Program-made: the position numbers and the translations under genes
Notes under the pieces: model-generated
Database searches by the model: none
Told to the model about the DNA's origin: nothing
What the model saw: only the letters and a program-made list of their open reading frames with translations
Shown: positions 49,241 to 57,928 of the stretch, piece by piece
Layout of the letters: each line of letters begins with the position of its first letter
How positions within the stretch are numbered: position 1 is the first letter of the stretch
Origin: Candidatus Omnitrophota bacterium
GTDB taxonomy: Bacteria; Omnitrophota; Gorgyraeia; Tantalellales; Tantalellaceae
NCBI GenBank assembly: GCA_028715965.1
Contig: JAQUQS010000004.1
Location: 1-59,962 of the forward strand
Reading direction: 5' to 3'
DNA length: 59,962 nucleotides

Positions 49241-50455
49241 ATGTCGGCTATTAAGAAGATCGGGATCATAACCAGCGGAGGGGATTGCGGGGGGCTTAAC
49301 GCTGTTATCAAGGGTGCCGCGGGCATGGGAAATGCCCTGGGGATCAAGACCTATGTGGTGCCGAACGGGTACGCGGGATTGTATAACCTGGTGGATTTCG
49401 AAAAACTTACCGAGTTGACGTCGGAACGGCTTGACCTGATAAACGCCAACGACGCGGGGTCCGAGGCCGGACATTCGCGTGTGAAGGTGAAGAAGATCAA
49501 GGATGAAGGCAAATATGACCGTATAAAGGAAGGAATGAAGAAATTCCAGCTGGATGGCCTTGTCATCAGCGGAGGGGATGATTCCGGTAGTGTCATGGTG
49601 GACCTCCATACGAATGGTGTCAACTGTGTACATGTGCCGAAGACCATGGACCTTGACCTCCAGACGTATTCGGTGGGTGGTGATTCGACCATCAATAAAA
49701 TAGCCGTTTATGCCGATGAACTCAAGACCACCGGCCGTACACATAACAGGATAATCGTCATGGAGGTGTTCGGGCGATATGCCGGGCATACCGCGTTCAG
49801 GGGTGGCGTGGCGGGAGATGTCGACGCGGTACTTATCCCGGAAATACCCGTGGACTTCGATATCCTGTACAAGCATGTAAAAGAAAGGTTCTATAGCCGT
49901 GTGCATGTAAGTGACGTCAATGCCGTGACATATCTTATAGTCGTGGCGGAAGGGCTCCGGAACGCTAGCGGGGCTGAGATCGTGGATGAATCCGCCGGGG
50001 TGGACTCGTTCGGGCATAAAAAACTCGCCGGTGCCGCCAAATACGTTTGTCAGGAACTTACGAAGAGGTTCAAGGCGGACACAAGTGTAAAGAAGATAAT
50101 GGAAGAGACGCATATGTACGTGGAAGATATTTATACCATACCGGAAGTGCGTTCTGTCGCGCCGGGACATCTTGTCCGTTGCGGTCGCAGCTCCGCGTAT
50201 GATGTTAATTTTGGCAAGGAGGTCGGCGCGGCGGCGGTCCAACTCATGGTTAACGGGATCACCGGTGTCACCGTGGCCGGAGTGAGGGGGAAAGAAATAC
50301 GTTATATGCAGGCGAAAAAAGCCATTGAACAACGTCATGTCGACCTGGACCAGGTGAAGATATTCGAGGGGCTGGGGATCTGTTTCGGACGACCCTCGGA
50401 ACAATATAAACCGGAATTCAAGGAACAGGATAGCGGGCCAGAGCGTTATATGTAA
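49241..50455 (+). CDS. pfp: 6-phosphofructokinase, probably PPi-dependent
   Basis: TSGGDCGGLN, GGDDS (Asp at the ATP/PPi determinant), PKTMD, MEVFGRYAG. Confidence 0.85.
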   Translation: MSAIKKIGIITSGGDCGGLNAVIKGAAGMGNALGIKTYVVPNGYAGLYNLVDFEKLTELTSERLDLINANDAGSEAGHSRVKVKKIKDEGKYDRIKEGMKKFQLDGLVISGGDDSGSVMVDLHTNGVNCVHVPKTMDLDLQTYSVGGDSTINKIAVYADELKTTGRTHNRIIVMEVFGRYAGHTAFRGGVAGDVDAVLIPEIPVDFDILYKHVKERFYSRVHVSDVNAVTYLIVVAEGLRNASGAEIVDESAGVDSFGHKKLAGAAKYVCQELTKRFKADTSVKKIMEETHMYVEDIYTIPEVRSVAPGHLVRCGRSSAYDVNFGKEVGAAAVQLMVNGITGVTVAGVRGKEIRYMQAKKAIEQRHVDLDQVKIFEGLGICFGRPSEQYKPEFKEQDSGPERYM

Positions 50456-50473
50456 CAAGTCCGTATTCGTATC

Positions 50474-50926
50474 ATGGAGTATCGCGAAGCAAAAGTAGGG
50501 AGGGTCATCATTGTCAGGTTTGACAATGGTGACCCTCTTTTGCGTGGGATCGAGGAGATAGCGCGCAAGGAGAACATTTCGTTCGCTACGGTCACGCTTC
50601 TTGGCGCCCTGGCATCCGCTCGTATGGTGACGGGCCCTGAGGACGGGGCTATCCCGCCTAAACCCATTATGTATGATTTCGAAGAGCCAAGGGAAGTTCT
50701 TGGATCGGGGACGATAATCAGGTCAGGGGTGTCTCACAAGGTACATCTACATATTTCCGCGGGGAGGGAAGGAGGCGGAACCACCGGGTGCCTGCGTTCC
50801 GGGGATAAGGTATTTATAACTGTAGAGGCCGTTATAACTGAGGTCGTCGGGCCGGATGTCTCAAAAGGGTTCGATGAGGGAAGCGGATGTAATATACTTC
50901 GTTTTAACGGTCCGGGAGCCTCATAG
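50474..50926 (+). CDS. PPC/DUF296 domain protein
   Basis: RFDNGD, HLHIS...GGTTG. Confidence 0.85.
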   Translation: MEYREAKVGRVIIVRFDNGDPLLRGIEEIARKENISFATVTLLGALASARMVTGPEDGAIPPKPIMYDFEEPREVLGSGTIIRSGVSHKVHLHISAGREGGGTTGCLRSGDKVFITVEAVITEVVGPDVSKGFDEGSGCNILRFNGPGAS

Positions 50927-50930
50927 TACG

Positions 50931-51269
50931 ATGATATCAGATGAAAAAAGGGCCTTTAAAAGGGCTGGTCACAAGTTCACGCTAAAATACAGGTCCGGGA
51001 CCCCGAATGGGACCGCCGCAGGACTTGCCGTGACCGAAAATCTAAGTATGGGCGGTACATTTTTCGTGTCCATGGATATGATGGAGATCGGACATGAAGT
51101 CGATATCGTAATACTTATGCCTGACGGGCATGAAAGTAAATGGATGGGCCGTGTCGTAAGATGCGAAGAGTATGGACACGGAATGGTGAAGACCTACGGT
51201 GTGGCCGTTGAGTTCACCAGGGCCGTTAGTGACGCGGAACGACGATTGAGAGATGCGTTGAAAGCTTGA
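50931..51269 (+). CDS. PilZ domain protein
   Basis: RAFKR (RxxxR) and NLSMGG (NxSxxG) c-di-GMP motifs. Confidence 0.9.
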   Translation: MISDEKRAFKRAGHKFTLKYRSGTPNGTAAGLAVTENLSMGGTFFVSMDMMEIGHEVDIVILMPDGHESKWMGRVVRCEEYGHGMVKTYGVAVEFTRAVSDAERRLRDALKA

Positions 51270-51580
51270 TCGCGGCGGTTTTTCATAAAAAATTTTCCTA
51301 CAACATGATTTTTGAAAAAAAAATTACGGCCCGATCCGTAGCGGGTGGATAACGCGTTTCAGGGCGTGCTCCTACAGCCCTTGTATTTCAAGGGGTATAG
51401 CAGATGCCGCAGATCGCGCGCATGTTCGGCAATGACATGCTATCGGTTGTCGTGATAAAGAAGAAAATATGAAAAATTTTTTTATTTTGGCTTGCAAATC
51501 AGTTTTTATAATGTATATTTTAATCAAAGAAAAAATATTTAAGTTGAGGGGCAGTAAATTTAACTAAAGGGGGTGAAGTA

Positions 51581-51682
51581 ATGGTAGTAAAGAAAAAGAA
51601 GGCCGCAAAGAAAAAGGTCGCGAAGAAAAAAGTAGCAAAGAAAAAGGTCGCGAAGAAAAAAGTAGCGAAGAAGAAAAAGTAA
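51581..51682 (+). CDS. 33-aa lysine-rich histone-H1/Hc2-like mini-protein, absent from ORF track
   Basis: MVVKKKKAAKKKVAKKKVAKKKVAKKKVAKKKK; strong RBS AAAGGGGGTG; own promoter-like sequence and terminator. Confidence 0.8.
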   Translation: MVVKKKKAAKKKVAKKKVAKKKVAKKKVAKKKK

Positions 51683-51711
51683 GTACACGAAAGATTAAGT
51701 TGATCACGGAG

Positions 51712-51740
51712 GGGCAGGCAAAAGCCTGTCCTTTCGCTTT
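51712..51740 (+). terminator. Intrinsic terminator
   Basis: GGGCAGGC-AAAA-GCCTGTCC followed by T-rich sequence. Confidence 0.7.
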
Positions 51741-51762
51741 ATATAGGCCTTATTTTTTGCTC

Positions 51763-51792
51763 TTGCAAATCCTCAAAATATTGTGATATAAT
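51763..51792 (+). promoter_or_regulatory. Sigma70 promoter for the tRNAs
   Basis: TTGCAA-N18-TATAAT with an extended TG. Confidence 0.65.
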
Positions 51793-51827
51793 ACGCACTC
51801 TGTAAAAACCGTCGGTTGTTGCAGTGT

Positions 51828-51904
51828 GGGGGCATAGCTCAAGTGGTTAGAGCAACTGACTCATAATCAGTAGGTTCATGGTTCAAGTCCATGTGCCCCC
51901 ACCA
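51828..51904 (+). tRNA. tRNA with CAT anticodon (probably Ile2; elongator Met not excluded)
   Basis: 77-nt cloverleaf, GACTCATAATC anticodon arm as in E. coli ileX; paired 1-72 and no GGG/CCC stem, so not an initiator. Confidence 0.9.
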
Positions 51905-52016
51905 TTTAACATCGGGATACTGGTCCCCGCTCAATGAACGTATGTGAGGTCAACTGTACAATGGACTTACGATGAGGCCTCGGTCTATTGGGTGGTTGAC
52001 TTTTTTGTTATTTTTG

Positions 52017-52093
52017 GGGCGCATAGCTCAGCTGGTTAGAGCGCATGCCTCACATGCATGAGGTCGGAGGTTCGAGTCCCCCTGCGCCCACCA
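52017..52093 (+). tRNA. tRNA-Val(CAC)
   Basis: 77-nt cloverleaf, anticodon loop CTCACAT, encoded CCA. Confidence 0.95.
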
Positions 52094-52113
52094 TTACATT
52101 GAAAAGGAAAAAA

Positions 52114-52836
52114 ATGAGCGACAAGACGGACTATTCCGGCGTGATCGATTGCTTGGCCGAACTTCAGAAGATCGATTCCCAGCTTTATGACATCCGCTCC
52201 GAGATAGCGTCCATTCCCGATATGATCGCGGGTTTTGACGCTGAGTTGGCCGAGAAAATGAGTGCTTTTAACGCGGCGGAATCAAGACTGAAGGAACTGC
52301 AGCTCTCCAAGGGGAAAAAAGAACTTGAAATGAAAGATAAAGAAGAGAAGGTCAAGAAGCATGAGGGAGAGCTCTATCAGATCAAGAACAACAAGGAATA
52401 CACGGCTCTCCAGTCGGAGATAGAAAGTATAAAGGCTGATATTTCCCTTTTGGAGGAAGACCTGATCCGGATATTTGACGAGATCGAGAACGCTAAGGCT
52501 GACCAAGCGCGTGAAAAGGATGCCTGTGGGGAAGAAGCGGCTTTGGTCGAGACGGAAAAACGTAAGATCGAGGATCACAGGAAAGAGCTTGAAGCCCAGG
52601 TAAGTAAGATGGAGGCGGACCGTAAGGTCGTCGCCGCCGGCGTCGATGAGCAAACCCTTTACCGGTATGAACGTATCCTAAAGAACAAGGGGAGGACGGC
52701 TCTGGCGGAAGTTAAAGGAGCTTTTTGCGGCGAATGTAACATGCAGCTCAGGCCCCAGGTATTGAACGATGTCAAAATAAAAAGAGATATCGTGTTCTGT
52801 GAAAATTGCGCCCGGATACTTTATGCAAAAGACTGA
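52114..52836 (+). CDS. Coiled-coil protein with C4 zinc ribbon (DUF164-like)
   Basis: LAELQKIDSQ, long coiled coil, CGEC...CENCARIL. Confidence 0.9.
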   Translation: MSDKTDYSGVIDCLAELQKIDSQLYDIRSEIASIPDMIAGFDAELAEKMSAFNAAESRLKELQLSKGKKELEMKDKEEKVKKHEGELYQIKNNKEYTALQSEIESIKADISLLEEDLIRIFDEIENAKADQAREKDACGEEAALVETEKRKIEDHRKELEAQVSKMEADRKVVAAGVDEQTLYRYERILKNKGRTALAEVKGAFCGECNMQLRPQVLNDVKIKRDIVFCENCARILYAKD

Positions 52837-53236
52837 CAGTCTCAAGATATTCACCGATGGCGGGTCGCGAGGAAATCCCGGGCCGTCAGCCATTGGGGCG
52901 GTCCTTTATGATGCCGAGGGGAATAAGGCCGGGGAGTTGTCGGCGCTTATAGGTTCCGGGACCAACAATATAGCCGAATACATGGCTGTTATCCTCGCGC
53001 TCCTGGAAGCGAAAGATATGTGCGCGGGGCACATAGAGATATGTATGGATAGCCAGCTGGTGGCCCGCCAGCTTACGGGCAAATACAAGGTTAAGGATCC
53101 GAACATATTGAAGCTGAACTGTATCGCGAAACGGATATTCAAGATGTTCAGGGAAGTCAAGGTCGTTGAGATCCCCAGGGCCGAGAACAGAGAAGCAGAC
53201 GCTCTTGTTAACAGAGCGTATGGAATTGTGGCGTAA
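52823..53236 (+). CDS. rnhA: Ribonuclease HI
   Basis: TDGGSRGNPG, TNNIAEY, DSQLV, N..AD.L. Confidence 0.93.
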   Translation: MQKTDSLKIFTDGGSRGNPGPSAIGAVLYDAEGNKAGELSALIGSGTNNIAEYMAVILALLEAKDMCAGHIEICMDSQLVARQLTGKYKVKDPNILKLNCIAKRIFKMFREVKVVEIPRAENREADALVNRAYGIVA

Positions 53237-53253
53237 CGCCACTTATAAAGCTC

Positions 53254-53620
53254 ATTGGAACAGGCTGTGTGACCGCGCTTTGTACTTTGTACATTGTGAG
53301 GAAAGTCCGGGCTCCACATAGCAGCGTAGCGGGTAATACCCGTCCATCGCAAGATGAGGATCAGAGCCACAGAGACGAGTCCCTGGTCTTAGATGCCTGG
53401 CATCCTGAGGTCAGGGGGTGAAACGCGGCAATCTCTACGCGGAGCAAGGCCAAATAGGGGAGGAACTTTGTATGCGCGGATCACCGCGCGTGCTGGTCAC
53501 GAAGCTGCTAGTTTCGTCAAACTCCCGGGTAGGCTGCAAGAGGCTGTTAGTGATAATAGCCCCAGATGGATGGTCACAGGGCATATGCCTACAGAACCCG
53601 GCTTATAGGCCTGTTCCAAT
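53254..53620 (+). ncRNA. rnpB: RNase P RNA (type A)
   Basis: GAGGAAAGTCCGGGCTCC, GGGTGAAACG, GAGCAAGGCCAAATA, ACAGAACCCGGCTTA; terminal P1 ATTGGAACAGGC/GCCTGTTCCAAT. Confidence 0.97.
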
Positions 53621-53686
53621 TACTTTACCTGTCAGATATATTCCTAAGTCCCGGCCTTGGCAGATCATCCTGAAAGAGGAGATAAT

Positions 53687-54544
53687 TTGAGAACATATCC
53701 GGAATGTATGTCATGTTTTATCCGTCAGGCTCGAGACGCGGCCGGGTTCGCCGGCGCTGATAGCGGTCTTTTAGGGTCTGTTGCCAAAAAGGCCCAGGAA
53801 TTGATCTCTGCTTTTGATCCTAGTTCGTCCCCCCCGGAGTCCTCGGTACAGATATATGACATGGTAGCGGAAATCATGGGGAAGGAAGATATATATAAAG
53901 AGGTAAAGCTTTCCAACAATAGAATGGCGCTCGCGTTGTACCCTGAGCTCAAAAATACACTGCGGTCCGCGCGGGACCCGCTGCTTTTGGCGGTGAGGAT
54001 GGCTGTCGCCGGCAATATAATCGATTATGGCGTTTCCCATGTGTTCGATGTCAAAAAGGAACTGGAACAATGCGCGGATAGGGACTTCGCGGTGTTTGAT
54101 TACAAAGCCTTCCGGGAGGAGGTCAGCTCCGCCCGGAATATCCTGTACCTGCTTGACAATGCCGGCGAGATAGTCATGGACAAGCTGTTGATAGAGACCA
54201 TGGGAAAAAATGTAACGGCAGTTGTCCGGGAAGGCCCGATAATCAACGACGTTACCATCGAAGACGCTGTATATATAGGGTTAGACAAGGTATGCAGGGT
54301 CATCTCCAGTGGATGCCGGGCCCCAGGCACCATATTAGAAAAATGCAACGAAGAGCTTATTAAGTGTTATAATACAGCCGATATGGTGATCAGTAAGGGG
54401 CAGGGAAATTTCGAGACCCTTGCCGGCAGTGCCGAACGGCGTATTTTCTTCATATTCAAGGCAAAATGCCCGGTCGTGGCGAAATATGTCGGATGTGATC
54501 TTGGCGACATACTTCTGAAAGTCATGCCGGCTGTGTCTCTTTAG
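53687..54544 (+). CDS. ARMT1/DUF89 damage-control phosphatase
   Basis: ECMSCF, AGNIIDYG, LDNAGE, PIINDVT, KGQGNFE, KAKC; TTG start after GAGGAG. Confidence 0.92.
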   Translation: MRTYPECMSCFIRQARDAAGFAGADSGLLGSVAKKAQELISAFDPSSSPPESSVQIYDMVAEIMGKEDIYKEVKLSNNRMALALYPELKNTLRSARDPLLLAVRMAVAGNIIDYGVSHVFDVKKELEQCADRDFAVFDYKAFREEVSSARNILYLLDNAGEIVMDKLLIETMGKNVTAVVREGPIINDVTIEDAVYIGLDKVCRVISSGCRAPGTILEKCNEELIKCYNTADMVISKGQGNFETLAGSAERRIFFIFKAKCPVVAKYVGCDLGDILLKVMPAVSL

Positions 54545-54554
54545 GGGAAATGGT

Positions 54555-55118
54555 ATGTTCATAAAGAAAAAGAACGTTTTTGTGGCTATATTCTCTTCCG
54601 GGATAATCGCTCTGGTGTTCATTTCCACCCTTGCGGGGTATTTACTGTACGGGCAGTGGAGGAAGGATAGCCTGGCTTCAAAATACAGGTTCTCGATATA
54701 TTCACTTACCGCCGATATCTTTCGTAACGAAGTCGTTATATCCAATATCCGGGTCAAGCTTGAAGGCGACCACGCGGATGTGCCGATCCTGGAGTGGGCT
54801 GTAAAGAACAATTCGGGCAAGACCATAGTTTCCATATTGCTGGAGGTCGGGTTCGTGAAGGATGACGGTACAGTTGTATATAAGGCGTGGCTCAAACCAC
54901 TGGATGAAGCCGGCGCGGTATTGCATGATAAGCTTTATGATGACCTGGGCGCTGGTAAAGGCATAGCCCCGGGGGAAACTCTTTCTTTCCGCCAACCGCT
55001 ACGTAATTGCCCCGAAGGTATGATCGAGCGAATAGCTTCGCGCGATAGTTTCGCCAGGAACGAGTTCGCGGAGAACATAGAATTGAAATATACGCTCAAG
55101 GGGCTGAAGCTCATATGA
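54555..55118 (+). CDS. Membrane-anchored hypothetical protein
   Basis: One TM segment plus a beta-rich periplasmic-type domain (VKNNSGKTI). Confidence 0.6.
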   Translation: MFIKKKNVFVAIFSSGIIALVFISTLAGYLLYGQWRKDSLASKYRFSIYSLTADIFRNEVVISNIRVKLEGDHADVPILEWAVKNNSGKTIVSILLEVGFVKDDGTVVYKAWLKPLDEAGAVLHDKLYDDLGAGKGIAPGETLSFRQPLRNCPEGMIERIASRDSFARNEFAENIELKYTLKGLKLI

Positions 55119-56920
55119 AGAAATTATTGATAATGGTCTTTCTGGCAACGGCCTCGGTCTTCCTGCTGTTCCTTCTCGCGTTAGTATATATCGATATGTC
55201 GGGTCATGTCTGGTATGAATATGAACTCAAGGATAACGGCGGGATAACCAAGGCCTATGTAAAGATAGACAGGTATGTGACAGAGGATAAGATCGTGTAT
55301 AGAAGCGCGTATAGGGCGGACGATTCTTATGGTTATTCCCGTGTGCGTAAGGAGATATTCTTAAAAAAAGACGCTGTAAAGTTCCTGAGGTCGCGTGAAG
55401 AGGCGTTAGGTCAGCGCGGCCTGAAAAGGCTTGTTATCGCGGACATCAGGCCCGATGGTATGGATTATCTCTTTTATGAACATCCCCGGTTCTTTGTCCT
55501 GAACAAGTTCCCGGTGGCAACTGACAGCCTTGAGTTCTCCCCTGAGGGAGCCGTATCCTATATGCCGCTTATGGAAATGTATAATTACTGGAAAAAGGGA
55601 ACGCAATATTTCCATGTGATCATACCGTTCAAGGACCCGTTGGCTCCGCTTATGGGGTCCATAGCCGTGAGGTACGACGATGAAAGCTATATTACGGTAT
55701 TAGGCAAAAAGGTAGAAGCTGATCGCTTTATTCTTACGGGTGAGTATATAGAGGATATAACCCTATATATGTCACGTTACACCCATAAACCCCTCATGAT
55801 AGTGTTCAATGATGGGGGAAAGTACGTGCTTACAGGGGTTACGGAAGACCCGGTCGAGCGTATCCGGAAATTCGCGCATAAGGTCTATGGTGTGATTGAC
55901 GGGGTCAGGAACAGTTTGTATCTCTCGTCCGATATGACGGAGAAAAATTTCTCCCCGGCTCCAGCGACCCTGTATATCGAAAAAGCTGTTCATTCTCGCA
56001 GGCCTTACGGCGCGCAAAAAGACATATATTTCGACAGTTTTAACCGTGTGCTTTCCGGTCGGGCCTGGTACCCTGACAAGCTGGAAAAGTACGGTGCTTT
56101 CTTTTTTATACCGGACGACGGGCCGGTACCGCTGGGGGAAGAGGAAATGATAAAAGCTATGGCGGCGGAGCTGAATAGCGCCGGATACGCTTTCTTCACT
56201 TATGATGGCCCCGGTCGAGGGAAAAGCCAAGGCAGTATAGGGGGAATGGACGATAAAAAGAAGTTACAGGATATAAGGTCTTTTATAAGATTCATGATGA
56301 AGGACCCCAAAATAGACCAGGCCAGAATGTGTATAGCCGGGTATAAAGGAGGTGGATATCTGGCTGTAAGGTCGGTGGATGGGGAGGAATATGCCGGTCG
56401 ATGTATCGTATTAGGATTGCCGGAAGCAACTCCCTTAGGATCGAGCGTGACGGTGTCCGATGTTAAGGAGATGATCGGCAAGTATATGTCCCGAGATCCC
56501 ATCATACGCGGGGACGCGGTAGTGGGGAGTAATGTTCCGGATGGCACTCTGGCTTTCTTTGATCAACTTGGCAGGACCGAAGGCGGAGTTATGTTCTTTA
56601 AGGCGATGAACATGCCTGTATCTGAATTCCGCAATATACTGCAGAGGGATTTTATCGGTGCCGTAGAAGCTTTGCCAGGCCCTGTGCTTATCGTTACAGG
56701 AAGGAACGATATAAATTTTACGCCGGGATTCCTTTCCCAGATTGAAAAAGCGGCCAAACTCAATAACCCCGACAGTAAAGTCGCTGTTTGCCGTGATATC
56801 AGCGATTATCTGGGAAAGTACAATGAACATAACGGAAGACGGTATTTTGAGCTGGACAAGGATGTCGTGCTTCTTGTTCGTAATTGGGTAACAAGTGGAG
56901 AGGCCGCGCGGGGAGAGTAG
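55115..56920 (+). CDS. Membrane-anchored protein with C-terminal alpha/beta-hydrolase fold, probably inactive
   Basis: FTYDGPGRGKSQG and VLIVTGRND are present, but the elbow reads GYKGG rather than GxSxG. Confidence 0.7.
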   Translation: MKKLLIMVFLATASVFLLFLLALVYIDMSGHVWYEYELKDNGGITKAYVKIDRYVTEDKIVYRSAYRADDSYGYSRVRKEIFLKKDAVKFLRSREEALGQRGLKRLVIADIRPDGMDYLFYEHPRFFVLNKFPVATDSLEFSPEGAVSYMPLMEMYNYWKKGTQYFHVIIPFKDPLAPLMGSIAVRYDDESYITVLGKKVEADRFILTGEYIEDITLYMSRYTHKPLMIVFNDGGKYVLTGVTEDPVERIRKFAHKVYGVIDGVRNSLYLSSDMTEKNFSPAPATLYIEKAVHSRRPYGAQKDIYFDSFNRVLSGRAWYPDKLEKYGAFFFIPDDGPVPLGEEEMIKAMAAELNSAGYAFFTYDGPGRGKSQGSIGGMDDKKKLQDIRSFIRFMMKDPKIDQARMCIAGYKGGGYLAVRSVDGEEYAGRCIVLGLPEATPLGSSVTVSDVKEMIGKYMSRDPIIRGDAVVGSNVPDGTLAFFDQLGRTEGGVMFFKAMNMPVSEFRNILQRDFIGAVEALPGPVLIVTGRNDINFTPGFLSQIEKAAKLNNPDSKVAVCRDISDYLGKYNEHNGRRYFELDKDVVLLVRNWVTSGEAARGE

Positions 56921-56991
56921 GCGTTCCGGCCCTTGTAGGCGCTTATCCATAAAAGCATACGAGCGTAAAGTCCGTAACTGATTGTATGCGT

Positions 56992-57020
56992 TTGACTTTT
57001 TGTCCGCGTTATGATATATT
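56992..57020 (+). promoter_or_regulatory. Sigma70 promoter
   Basis: TTGACT-N17-TATATT with an extended TG. Confidence 0.55.
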
Positions 57021-57048
57021 CCATGAAAACCTGAAAGGGGGACTAATA

Positions 57049-57408
57049 ATGAAGAAGTTTTTTGTGGTTTTTTTGGTGTTAGTTCTTGCGATGTCTTTTT
57101 CGTTAACGGCCATAGCCGCGGATGCGCCATCCGCTAAGGCATCGACCGCCAAGACATATCCCGTAGGGCCCATACAGAAAGCGGAAAGAGGGTTTTCTAA
57201 TGCCGTTTTCGGTTGGACAGAGATACCTAAGAGGATAGTAGATGAGTCGAAAGCGTCGAACCCGGTAAAGGGACTTTTCCTGGGGTTGTGGCAGGGTAGC
57301 TGTAAGGCATTCGCGCGGACGGCATCAGGCGTTGTCGACATGGCAACGTTCCCGGTAGGGCAGTATGACAAACCGGTCATTACGCCGGATATGCCAGCTG
57401 CGAAGTAA
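57049..57408 (+). CDS. Secreted protein resembling the exosortase-system-associated TIGR04073 family
   Basis: Signal peptide; KAERGFSNAVFGWTEIP...RTASGVVDMATFP pattern. Confidence 0.75.
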   Translation: MKKFFVVFLVLVLAMSFSLTAIAADAPSAKASTAKTYPVGPIQKAERGFSNAVFGWTEIPKRIVDESKASNPVKGLFLGLWQGSCKAFARTASGVVDMATFPVGQYDKPVITPDMPAAK

Positions 57409-57429
57409 GCGGGATCAAGGGAAAATGCG

Positions 57430-57462
57430 AAAGCGGGCGGTTTATAACCGCTCGCTTTTGTT
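57430..57462 (+). terminator. Intrinsic terminator
   Basis: AAAGCGGGCGGTT-TAT-AACCGCTCGCTTT followed by a T-rich tail. Confidence 0.8.
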
Positions 57463-57486
57463 ATATATATAATATTATAGATATTC

Positions 57487-57516
57487 TTGACGTAACGGCG
57501 TTTTGTGTGTTATACT
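57487..57516 (+). promoter_or_regulatory. Sigma70 promoter
   Basis: TTGACG-N18-TATACT with an extended TG. Confidence 0.6.
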
Positions 57517-57534
57517 TCTCGGCATAGGTGACAA

Positions 57535-57906
57535 ATGAAGCAAAAACTACCTGAGAGAAGACGATTTTTAAGGGTCAATGTGCCCTTGAATATCAACGTT
57601 AGCTGCAGTGGTGTAAGCGGGGTCACGGCGCAGGTCAAGAACGTATCCCCCGTCGGTCTGGGTATAGAGATCTTAAGAGAGCTTAAGATAGCCCAGAACC
57701 TTGATCTGGAACTTTTTTTGCCCGGGGAGAACGCTCCAGTTGTTCTTAAGGGCATTGTTGCGTGGCAGGCAAAGAAAAGTCTTGAAGACAGCTCACCATA
57801 TGACGTCGGTATCGAGATAATGGATATATCCGACCGAGACAAAAATAAATTCCTTAAATACCTTTGTGATCTTCTTTACGGTTCCGTCAATGATGTCAGG
57901 TGTTAG
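57535..57906 (+). CDS. PilZ domain protein
   Basis: RRFLR (RxxxR) and NVSPVG (NxSxxG). Confidence 0.9.
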   Translation: MKQKLPERRRFLRVNVPLNINVSCSGVSGVTAQVKNVSPVGLGIEILRELKIAQNLDLELFLPGENAPVVLKGIVAWQAKKSLEDSSPYDVGIEIMDISDRDKNKFLKYLCDLLYGSVNDVRC

Positions 57907-57928
57907 CCACATTTACAGGAGGTGTGCT

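Noticed and set aside
49169-50458. 429-aa reverse-strand ORF (likewise 984-1646, 5095-6270, 18698-19885, 34906-35895 and similar)
   Set aside because: Antisense shadows of well-supported genes, with no motifs
51290-51480. Replication origin or ncRNA (one GTGGATAA, hairpin CCCTTG/CAAGGG)
   Set aside because: A single imperfect DnaA box with no cluster or dnaA nearby, and no recognisable RNA motif
51499-51526. dif site (ATAA-TGTATA-TT core resembles E. coli dif)
   Set aside because: The normally conserved XerD arm matches only about 6 of 11 positions; it is better explained as an AT-rich promoter
52065-52082. A-C mismatch in the tRNA-Val T-stem as a sign of a pseudogene
   Set aside because: Single mismatch; all other conserved positions and the CCA are intact
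52045-52113. Upstream start of the zinc-ribbon ORF
   Set aside because: It overlaps tRNA-Val; the real start is ATG 52114 after AAGGA
53393-53690. Short ORFs at 53393-53608 and 53418-53690
   Set aside because: They lie within the RNase P RNA gene
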